From Myxococcales bacterium 68-20 (lineage in GTDB: Bacteria > Myxococcota_A > Polyangia > Polyangiales > Polyangiaceae): a stretch of DNA of 64,000 nt. Shown piece after piece: positions 57,065 to 64,000 of the stretch. Position 1 is the stretch's first letter; each line of letters begins with the position of its first letter. The position numbers and the translations under genes are program-made. The stretch spans positions 15,208-79,207 of the forward strand of contig MKVQ01000029.1 in assembly GCA_001899635.1 (NCBI GenBank), written 5' to 3'. The notes under the pieces are model-generated. The model worked only from the letters and a program-made list of their open reading frames with translations, was not told the DNA's origin and searched no databases.

Positions 57065-60000
57065 TCAGAACCGCGTGTAGCCGTACCGCTGGTAGAGGCC
57101 GCGGATCAGATCCAGCAGCTCGACGTGCTCCTGGAGCCGCGCGCGAGCCCGGTTGATGAAGTACTCACGGTTCTCCACCTCCGGCGCCGCCGCATTGCGA
57201 GCGTTGTAGTCGTCGATCAGCTTCTGGCCCTGCTTGATGAGGTCCGCGCCCGGGCTGTAGCGACCATCGGCGTATTCGATCGCCGCGTACTGCTTGCCCG
57301 TGAGCGGGTCGGCCATGGTGACGGGCGTGAGGCCGGCGCCGGGCGTGAACGCCTCGCCGCAGCCGACGCACCAGACGCGGACAGCGTCGTTCCACGACTG
57401 CGAGAAGTTCGACTGGAACTCCGCCATCGAGAAGAACAGCGCGTACGCCTTGTAGAAGAAGTACCAGCCCGAGTTGATCGGGGTGCCGCGGAGCTGGCTG
57501 TCTTTCGACGTGACGACCGCGCCGTCCCGACCGCCGAGCGTCTGGAAGACGTTCGGAGACATCAGCTTCGTGCCGGTACCGAGCGCCGACGACTCGGCCC
57601 GCCACGCGTACTTGTCGAACGAGTCGGTCGCGACACCACCGAACACGCCGCTCATCGCCTTCGGATACGCGAGGTAGAACCCGATGCGGTAGGTGACGGC
57701 GTTCGTCTGGTCCTGCCCGATGAAGTTCGTCGACGTGTTGGTGAGCGTCAGGAGCGCCGCGATCTTGTCGTAGAACGAACCGACGTTCTTGATGCGGTTG
57801 AAGTAGCCCTGACCGCTCGCGTTGTCGTAGCGCGTGTAGCGGTACCGAGCTCCGTCCTCGATGTCGAGCGTGAGCTGCTTGTCGTTCGAGCCGCACTTCA
57901 CCGTGGCGCCCCTCCCGTCACGGCACGCGTACGGTGTGGCGGTCGCCTGATCGAAGAAGCTGCCGTCCGCCTGGAGCGCGCTGTCGTTGTTCGGGATGTA
58001 GACGCCGACGTCGGGCGTACCGAGGACGTCGATCAGGCGATCGAGGCCCCAGGTCGTGGCCATCGTCGAGGCAAGGCCGCCGGCGGGATCCTTGAACCAG
58101 TCGGCGTTCGTGATGTAGCCGTTCTTCACGCCCTCGGCGCCGCCGAGGACCGCGCGCCAGTGGTAGTCGAGCGAGCCCTGGAAGAAGAGCCAGTGGATGT
58201 ACTGCGCGTGGACGTGGCTGAAGTACCGCGTGGCGACCTTCGCGAGGTAGCCGTTCGCCATGTTGAAGCCGTTCGCGCGACCACGCGTGAAGGCATCGAA
58301 CACGTAGTACTGCTTGTAACGGTTCATCGCATCGGACACGACCTCCATCGGGTCCATGCCCTGGTCCCAGCGCTGGCAAAGCGGTCGGTTCGCGCTGCCG
58401 GCGAACTCGTCTCCGCAGTAGCGGTAGGGAACGACGTCGTAGCCGCCGCTCTGCGACGTGACCTTGACGCCGCTCGTATTCCCCTTCGCCTTGAGGTACG
58501 CGACGCGCGCATTCTCGACGACGTCGGCGAACGGACGGATCTCGCGGCCGCCCTTCTTGATGCCGTCGATGCCCGCGGTGAACTCGCCGGGGATCATCGT
58601 GTAGTGACGGTACTGGCGGTTCAGGTTGTCGAGGACCTCAGCGCTGTAGCCGGTGAAGAAGCCCGCACCGAACTTGTTCGCCGACGCGTTGTAGAGCGGG
58701 TCCTTGATCGCGCCCTTCGGGAAGGTCTCGACGAGGTCGCCGTATCCGAAGCGGATCGCGGCGTAGTCGTACTTGCCGAGCCCGCGGATGTCGGCGTTGA
58801 AGCGGGCGCCGTATTCCATGACGGTGGAGTACTGGAGCTCCGTCATCCCGGCGTTCTTCTGGTTCTCCGTCATCGGAGCGCCGAACTGGAGGTTCTCCCG
58901 CTTCAGGTCCCAGAACTCGTCGAAGAAGTTGAGCGCGTCGCTCGATCCTTCGAAGTTGTGACGGAGACCGAGCGTGTGGCCGACCTCGTGCGCGAGGAGC
59001 CCGCTCAAGATGCGGGCACGCAGCTCGTCCCACATGCCGTGCTGCGCCTGCTCCTGCTCGGCAGCCGACGCGGACGAGGCAAGAGACGCGTACTTCGCGG
59101 CCATCTGCTTCGCGAGGCCGACGACCGAGTCGTCGACGAGCGACGCGTCGAGGTAGCAGTGGTGCTCGCCGAGGAACCGCTGGCGATCGTTCTCCTGCTT
59201 CACCACGTCCGACGCCGCGAAGACGTCGGAGATCTTGCTCATGTCGTCGTCGGTCAGCGCCTCGTCGGGCGTCTTTCCGGCGAGGAAGTGCGTATCGGGG
59301 ATGTCGAAGATCTTCCGCTCGAGCGGCGTGCCCTTGATCATCGCGCGACGCTCGGCTCCCGACGGACCGGTCGCGAGCGGGATCCCCTTCTCCGCGATCG
59401 TCTTGAGCAGCGCGCGATCGACACCGAGATCGACGTTCTTCTGGGCGGTCGCGAGATCGAAGCCGGGCTCGCCCGGAGCGATGCCCGAGAACCCACCGAC
59501 CGCGCTCTCACGCGGACCGGGCACCTCTCCGCGCGCGAGCCGCTTCGCGTACTCGTCGGTGGCGATGCCGTTGACGTAGTCGAACTCCTTCGACTTCCCG
59601 TTGATGAGGTTGACGATGTCGACCGCGTTCTGCGCGTAGGTGTCGAGCGCGCCCCCGTAGACGTAGGCGCTGGCGCTGAAGAGCTCGCCGGTGACCGGAT
59701 CGCCGTAGCTAGGGCCGAAGCCGAGCGGGCCCGAAGGCTGGGGCTTCGTCACCCAGTACATGAACGAGTAGCGAAGGTCACCCTGACGCGCGACGGTGCC
59801 CGGCTTTCCGCAAGCGGGGTGATCCCCTTCCTTCACCGGATTGTTCTGGCAGAGGACGAACGAGCGCTCGCCCGCGTGCTTCATCCGCTCGACCTCACCG
59901 CGGAGCTCCGCCTGCGGGAGCGCCGAGCCCGGCTCGCGGTCCTCGAGGAGGCGGAGGGAGGCGACCGTCTCGTTGAATGCGTCGTTCCAGCCGTCCGCCG

Positions 60001-61102
60001 TCGCCTGCGCGACCGGCTTCATCGACTCCGGCCACTCCGCGTTGAGGAAGTAGACGATCGGGCGAACCTTGCGCGCCTTGTACGGCATGCGGACGTTGTC
60101 GCCGTTCTCGTGCTTGAGGACGTTGCCCGCCGCGTCGCGCTCGAACCACTGCTCCCAGAGGTTCCAGATGTTCGCGCGGTAGAGGTAACGCTTCTCGAGG
60201 GTGCCGTAACGCTGGTCGTACTGCGCGCGCTCGGTGCGGAAGAAACCGAACTCGTCCATCATCGGAAGACCGACGGGGCTGCCGCTGACGGTGCGGATCG
60301 GGTTGCCGTCGTCATCGAGGAGCGGAACGCGATCGGGGTATTCACGAGGCTCGAAGTCCCGCTCCGGCACCTTCATGAACGAGAGACGGGCGCTGATGTC
60401 ACCCGGACCGCAACCCGTATCGCGGTAGTAGAAGAAGCAAGTGCGCGTATCGGGCCGCACGGTGTAGCGCGCGCTGATGTCGACGTAGTCCTTCTGGAAC
60501 GTCGGGTGATCGGGGTGATCGCTCGCCTGGATCCACGTGGTCGACGCGCTGATCGCCTCGAAGCCCGGAGCGACGAACATGCGCTGGCTGATCTTGTTCG
60601 TGCCCCAGTCGACGCGCATGTACTCGCGCTTGTCCCACGTTCGATCGGTCGAGTTCTCTTCGATGATGTTCGTCTCTTCGCCGGTCGACGCGTTGTAGCC
60701 GCGGCGAATGTCGAAATGGCTCTCGATCGGGAAGGCCGCGATCGTACCGCCGTGCTCGTCGCCCGAGTTCAGGATGTCCGGGTCCTCGCGATAGGCCTGG
60801 AGCTCCTTCCCGTCCTCGGAGATACGCCACTTCATGCGGTACATGTCACCGGCCGCGCCGATGAACGCCGTCGCCTGCGCAGCGGGGACGTCCGTGATCG
60901 TCGCGCGGAAGTACCAGCTGTCGCTGTCGTCGAGGAAGCGTCCCTGCCCGTCCGGTCGCAAGAAGATCGACTTCGGGACGACATTCGCCTGCACGTGGTT
61001 GATGGGATCACGCTCTTCCGCACACCCCTGCGCTCCACCGAGCACCGTCAACGCGACCGCCCCGAATACGGCAGCCTTCGCACGAAGCTTCCAATCGCCC
61101 AT
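57065..61102 (-). CDS. 1345-aa lipoprotein zinc metalloprotease (HExxH; DUF4953/EcxA-like zinc-dependent metalloprotease family)
   Basis: MGDWKLRAKAAVFGAVALTVLGGAQGC is a lipobox-like N-terminus. The zincin motif is LLAHEVGHTLGLRHNFEGS, followed by a later ..TVMEYG... The RBS gagga precedes ATG 61102. Confidence 0.85.
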   Translation of the reverse strand: MGDWKLRAKAAVFGAVALTVLGGAQGCAEERDPINHVQANVVPKSIFLRPDGQGRFLDDSDSWYFRATITDVPAAQATAFIGAAGDMYRMKWRISEDGKELQAYREDPDILNSGDEHGGTIAAFPIESHFDIRRGYNASTGEETNIIEENSTDRTWDKREYMRVDWGTNKISQRMFVAPGFEAISASTTWIQASDHPDHPTFQKDYVDISARYTVRPDTRTCFFYYRDTGCGPGDISARLSFMKVPERDFEPREYPDRVPLLDDDGNPIRTVSGSPVGLPMMDEFGFFRTERAQYDQRYGTLEKRYLYRANIWNLWEQWFERDAAGNVLKHENGDNVRMPYKARKVRPIVYFLNAEWPESMKPVAQATADGWNDAFNETVASLRLLEDREPGSALPQAELRGEVERMKHAGERSFVLCQNNPVKEGDHPACGKPGTVARQGDLRYSFMYWVTKPQPSGPLGFGPSYGDPVTGELFSASAYVYGGALDTYAQNAVDIVNLINGKSKEFDYVNGIATDEYAKRLARGEVPGPRESAVGGFSGIAPGEPGFDLATAQKNVDLGVDRALLKTIAEKGIPLATGPSGAERRAMIKGTPLERKIFDIPDTHFLAGKTPDEALTDDDMSKISDVFAASDVVKQENDRQRFLGEHHCYLDASLVDDSVVGLAKQMAAKYASLASSASAAEQEQAQHGMWDELRARILSGLLAHEVGHTLGLRHNFEGSSDALNFFDEFWDLKRENLQFGAPMTENQKNAGMTELQYSTVMEYGARFNADIRGLGKYDYAAIRFGYGDLVETFPKGAIKDPLYNASANKFGAGFFTGYSAEVLDNLNRQYRHYTMIPGEFTAGIDGIKKGGREIRPFADVVENARVAYLKAKGNTSGVKVTSQSGGYDVVPYRYCGDEFAGSANRPLCQRWDQGMDPMEVVSDAMNRYKQYYVFDAFTRGRANGFNMANGYLAKVATRYFSHVHAQYIHWLFFQGSLDYHWRAVLGGAEGVKNGYITNADWFKDPAGGLASTMATTWGLDRLIDVLGTPDVGVYIPNNDSALQADGSFFDQATATPYACRDGRGATVKCGSNDKQLTLDIEDGARYRYTRYDNASGQGYFNRIKNVGSFYDKIAALLTLTNTSTNFIGQDQTNAVTYRIGFYLAYPKAMSGVFGGVATDSFDKYAWRAESSALGTGTKLMSPNVFQTLGGRDGAVVTSKDSQLRGTPINSGWYFFYKAYALFFSMAEFQSNFSQSWNDAVRVWCVGCGEAFTPGAGLTPVTMADPLTGKQYAAIEYADGRYSPGADLIKQGQKLIDDYNARNAAAPEVENREYFINRARARLQEHVELLDLIRGLYQRYGYTRF

Positions 61103-61232
61103 TCCTCAGCCCCTTCTCGCTCCGCCAAAGGCAGAGCCGCCCAACCCACCAATCGCGTGCAGCTCTTCCGCCGCAACGACGACTCGCGAACCGTAGGCCG
61201 TAACGACCTACGCGCAGCGCGACGTGACATCG

Positions 61233-61304
61233 AGCGTGGGTGGCAGAGCACCAGCCGCGGCGCGGATCGACCGGCGCCGTGAGGGGCTCTGCCTTGCCCA
61301 CGCC
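61233..61304 (-). promoter_or_regulatory. imperfect long dyad built from GCGTGG and GGCAGAGC blocks; minus-strand TGGCGTGG-N4-GGCA resembles a sigma54 -24/-12 element upstream of the metalloprotease gene
   Basis: gcgtgg at 61234-61239 and ggcagagc at 61242-61249 face ggctctgcc at 61285-61293 and ccacgcc at 61298-61304. A third GGCAGAGCC lies at 61130-61138. Confidence 0.3.
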
Positions 61305-61358
61305 AAGTCGCGCGTCGTTGCACGACTCCTGCCAATTTCCCTTTGGTGGATATCGCCG

Positions 61359-61379
61359 AAAAATCCGCAATTCGGATTT
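61359..61379 (-). terminator. AT-rich perfect hairpin/palindrome AAATCCG-caatt-CGGATTT, followed on the minus strand by a T-run
   Basis: On the plus strand: aaaaatccg (61359-61367), caatt, cggattt (61373-61379). The minus strand reads AAATCCGAATTGCGGATTTTTCGG, about 110 bp downstream of the DUF697-like gene stop (61487). It could alternatively be an operator. Confidence 0.4.
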
Positions 61380-61486
61380 CGTCGGCACACTCGGCGTCAA
61401 CGTACGAACACCAAGAACGCACGCTCAGCCGCGCTGGAGGCCTCGACCGTTCGGTTGCAGAGGTGGACCTTCGACGCTCGTCGAGC

Positions 61487-62002
61487 TCAGACCGCGGGGC
61501 GGGGCGGCTCGGAGCTCGTCGAGGTCGGACGAGCTCCTTCGGTGGCGGCCGAGTCACGAGCCGTGCGCGCCCATCGTCCGCGTGCGCGGAGCGCTGCGAG
61601 GATGTCCCTCACACCGATGTGCTTCGCCTCCGGCTCGCGGCAGACGTGATCGACGCAGGCCGCGTAGATCTGCGTGAGGCCCACCGCGGTCGCAGCGTTC
61701 ATCGCAGCGGCCACGCCCGGGACCCCGGCGAGCGGGGCGTTGAGGGCGGCGCGTACGCCGAGGCCGACGAGCGCGGCCTTTGCGAGCGGTCCTCCGGGCA
61801 AGTCTCGCACGCGCCTGCCTCGCGCGTGTGCAATGCGCGCCGTCAACCATGCGTAGACGGGCAGCAGCGCGAGCTCGTCGGCCAAAGGGATTGGCGAGAG
61901 CATGACCGCGACGCCCGCAGCGGCGACCGACGCGCCGCCGACCGCGCGCATCGCGGACTCCGAGCTCGTCGCGACCTCGGAGCTCGCGCCGACTTTGCTC
62001 AT
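61487..62002 (-). CDS. DUF697-like small membrane-associated protein
   Basis: ..VMLSPIPLADELALLPVYAWLTARIAHARG..PLAGVPGVAAAMNAATAVGLTQIYAA. The ATG overlaps the upstream stop (ATGA at 61999-62002). Confidence 0.5.
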   Translation of the reverse strand: MSKVGASSEVATSSESAMRAVGGASVAAAGVAVMLSPIPLADELALLPVYAWLTARIAHARGRRVRDLPGGPLAKAALVGLGVRAALNAPLAGVPGVAAAMNAATAVGLTQIYAACVDHVCREPEAKHIGVRDILAALRARGRWARTARDSAATEGARPTSTSSEPPRPAV

Positions 62003-63180
62003 GCGAGCACTCCATTCTCCTCGAGCTGGTCGATCATGTGCCCGACACGCTGCGGGTCGAACGTACGTCCGAAGACCCGCGCGACGCGCTGGAGGATCTT
62101 CGCCTCGGGAAGCATGAGCGTCTTGTCGACGGCGGCAGCGGTCTCGAGCACGCGGAGGAAGGCGTCACGCGCGCCTTCGGGGACCGACTGCAGGCGCTCC
62201 AGCCAGTCGCTCTCGTCGGAGCCGAGACGCTTCAAGAGCTGCCGCCTTCGCTCCTCGTCCAGGTCGCCGAGACGCTGGGTCAGACATGCCGTCTCCTCCA
62301 GCGACATTCGTCCGTCGGCGATGAAGACGTACCAGAGCCCCTCGATCAGGAGGTCCATGCACGGCGCACACGTCGCCTCCGCTGCACGGAAGGCATCGAC
62401 CATCGCACGCTCGTACCGAAAGAATCGTCGCAACGTATGCCCGAGCCGGCGCGTGACGACGACGTTGGTCACGGCCGACGAGAGGACTCCGGCGAATGGA
62501 AGGAGATTCCGGAGGACGCTCTCCCCGAGGATGACGTTGGCAGCGCGCGCGAACAGCGCATCGCTCTCGACCGCTGCTCGATGAACGAGCGCCTGCCCGA
62601 GATCTTCGTGATCGACGTCGCGCGGGCCCCCCGGCTCGAGCGCAAGGAGCAGGAGCACGTCCTCGGCCCCCTCCAGGTTCACCTCGAAGATCTCGGCGAG
62701 CTCGCACGCGAGGTCGACATGGCAGACGGCTCGCATCGCCATCTCTCCACCGATGGCGGCTGCGGCGAATGGAAGCGCGACGACAGCGGCCAAGCCCTTC
62801 GTCTCGGCGGTCGCGACCGTCGCGCCGGTCGTCGCTGCGCCGCTGATCCCCCCGGTGACTGCGGTCTTCGCGCATGCCCAGCGCACGACGCTCCGCGCGC
62901 GCTCCTCGGGAGCGAGTCCGGCGTACGCGCCTGCCTCCCGCTTTGCGCGCGCCTTCGCACGTGCGCGGTTCATGCGCCGATGGACCACGCGCTCGAGCCA
63001 GCTGCGTGTGCGCACGTCTTCACGGACGAAGGCCCCCTCACCGATCGCCTCGACGCCGGTCGATATCGACATGCTCGGCAACGTAGGTCGCTTCCCATGG
63101 ATTCGCCGCTGCCACGACCAGACGCGACGAGACATGGCGGCGGACGGCGGCCGCAGCGCGGCGTGTCGCGAGGGTCGCAC
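61999..63180 (-). CDS. EcsC-like N-terminal region fused to TerB-like C-terminal domain
   Basis: The N-terminal part reads VTGGISGAATTGATVATAETKGLAAVVALPFAAAAIGGEMAMRAVCHVDLACELAEIF. The C-terminal part reads LIEGLWYVFIADGRMSLEETACLTQRL...VLETAAAVDKTLMLPEAKILQRVARVFG. The start is uncertain (63180 or ATG 63072). Confidence 0.5.
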   Translation of the reverse strand: MRPSRHAALRPPSAAMSRRVWSWQRRIHGKRPTLPSMSISTGVEAIGEGAFVREDVRTRSWLERVVHRRMNRARAKARAKREAGAYAGLAPEERARSVVRWACAKTAVTGGISGAATTGATVATAETKGLAAVVALPFAAAAIGGEMAMRAVCHVDLACELAEIFEVNLEGAEDVLLLLALEPGGPRDVDHEDLGQALVHRAAVESDALFARAANVILGESVLRNLLPFAGVLSSAVTNVVVTRRLGHTLRRFFRYERAMVDAFRAAEATCAPCMDLLIEGLWYVFIADGRMSLEETACLTQRLGDLDEERRRQLLKRLGSDESDWLERLQSVPEGARDAFLRVLETAAAVDKTLMLPEAKILQRVARVFGRTFDPQRVGHMIDQLEENGVLA

Positions 63181-63280
63181 GATCCTCAGGTCCCATTGAC
63201 GGTGTCGGAAGCGGGCGACACGCTAGCTTCCAACGTGGCTCGCTCGGTGTCCGAGTGGTCGTCACGAAAAGGCGAGCCCC

Positions 63281-63562
63281 ATGCTTCCATTTGCGACGTT
63301 CGCGCTCGGTTTCGCAGCCGGATGGGTGACCCGCGGCACGGGGGGGTCGTCTCGATCAGCCGCCACCGCGGTGCTCGCTGCCGCGCTCGCCGCGGTCGAA
63401 CGGATCAAGCGCAAGGTGGCCATCGAGAAGGACGTCCTCGAGGACCTCTTCGCCGAGGCGCGGGCGCGCGCCGACGTTCTGGGTCAGGAGCGTGCCGCGC
63501 GGAAGAATGTTCAGAACGGCACCAACGGGAAGCACCAGCCGGTGGGAGAGGCCGCGGCGTGA
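63281..63562 (+). CDS. small hypothetical membrane protein
   Basis: MLPFATFALGFAAGWVTRG is followed by a helical charged tail. The stop overlaps the next start (GTGA at 63559-63562). Confidence 0.4.
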   Translation: MLPFATFALGFAAGWVTRGTGGSSRSAATAVLAAALAAVERIKRKVAIEKDVLEDLFAEARARADVLGQERAARKNVQNGTNGKHQPVGEAAA

Positions 63563-64000
63563 CACCACGTGCGCTGCTGGAGCTCGCGCATCACCATCCG
63601 GGCCGTCTGCGCGTCCGATCCGACGCGCTCTGCGAATCGGCGCACGGTGGGGATGCCGGCGCGAGGTTCGACCTGGTCCGATCGACGCTGAGCGCGATGG
63701 TCGGCGTCCGCTCGGTTGGCTTCAATCCCCGCTCGGGGAGCGTGCTCGTGGAATACGAGCCGGGCGCCGTCGATCCCAACGCGCTGATCGACGCCGTCGC
63801 CGTCACCGCCGGTCTCGATCTCCCGGACGAAGAGGTCCGCGCGCAGCGGATGCATCCCGCACGGGCCGCGATCGGGGCCGCGCGCGGTCTCAATGCGCTG
63901 ACCCGCGAGCTCACCGGCGGACGCGCGGACCTCCGCACGCTGGTTCCCATCGCGATGAGCGGCCTCGCTGCCTATTCGTTCATCGTGGGCAAAGACCGCA
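63559..64000 (+). CDS. HMA-like (heavy-metal-associated fold) domain membrane protein, partial (runs off window)
   Basis: My translation from GTG 63559 is VTPRALLELAHHHPGRLRVRSDALCES..VRSTLSAMVGVRSVGFNPRSGSVLVEYEPGAVDPNALIDAVAVTAGL...LVPIAMSGLAAYSFIVGK. The PGRLRVR motif plus beta-alpha-beta pattern is typical of N-terminal HMA-like modules. It is not in the ORF track because there is no stop in the window. Confidence 0.5.
   Translation, partial: MTPRALLELAHHHPGRLRVRSDALCESAHGGDAGARFDLVRSTLSAMVGVRSVGFNPRSGSVLVEYEPGAVDPNALIDAVAVTAGLDLPDEEVRAQRMHPARAAIGAARGLNALTRELTGGRADLRTLVPIAMSGLAAYSFIVGKDR

Noticed and set aside
57125-61282. 1385-aa plus-strand ORF opposite the metalloprotease
   Set aside because: It is an antisense shadow of the HExxH lipoprotein gene, with no motifs and extreme Arg/Val/Asp content.

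Overview
High-GC (roughly 70%) chromosomal segment that looks like a Myxococcota genome, probably Polyangiales/Sorangiineae-like. Supporting hallmarks are a TIGR02266-type PilZ protein, a Hanks-type Ser/Thr kinase, many lipoproteins and TAT-exported enzymes, and PAS/GGDEF/cyclase signalling genes. I call about 53 protein-coding genes, 2 decayed gene remnants, several hairpin terminators and a few candidate operator or promoter motifs. I found no rRNA, tRNA, CRISPR array, transposase, integrase or phage genes. The very long Arg/Asp/His-rich ORFs in the track (for example 3856-8214 minus, 35573-40312 plus, 57125-61282 plus) are antisense or off-frame shadows of real genes. Recognisable content includes a LysR-controlled RND efflux pair, a deoxyhypusine-synthase-like gene, tandem TRL lipoproteins, malic enzyme and a radical SAM protein. 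It also includes two TAT FAD oxidases, a PAS kinase / PAS-GGDEF / HflX / RCK K+ channel run, a class III cyclase, PMM/PGM, PrmC and a 1345-aa lipoprotein Zn-metalloprotease. I cannot point to a canonical defence or mobile system. The most promising candidates for undescribed biology are listed here. (1) An ATGA-coupled lipoprotein / YiiX-type hydrolase / beta-rich protein operon at 11.3-13.4 kb, facing another barrel-like gene. (2) A GTGA-coupled TPR-PEGA-barrel plus clan-A glycosidase pair at 48.5-51 kb, resembling a stripped-down exopolysaccharide export module. (3) A GGCAGAGC / CCACGCC motif family shared by two unrelated upstream regions (39.7 kb and 61.1-61.3 kb). (4) An EcsC/TerB-DUF697 pair at 61.5-64 kb, divergent from a small membrane protein plus HMA-like gene. 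(5) An accessory-looking stretch at 27.8-32.1 kb with collapsed gene remnants and small Cys-rich ORFs. All functional calls rest on motif recognition by eye and need HMM or BLAST confirmation.
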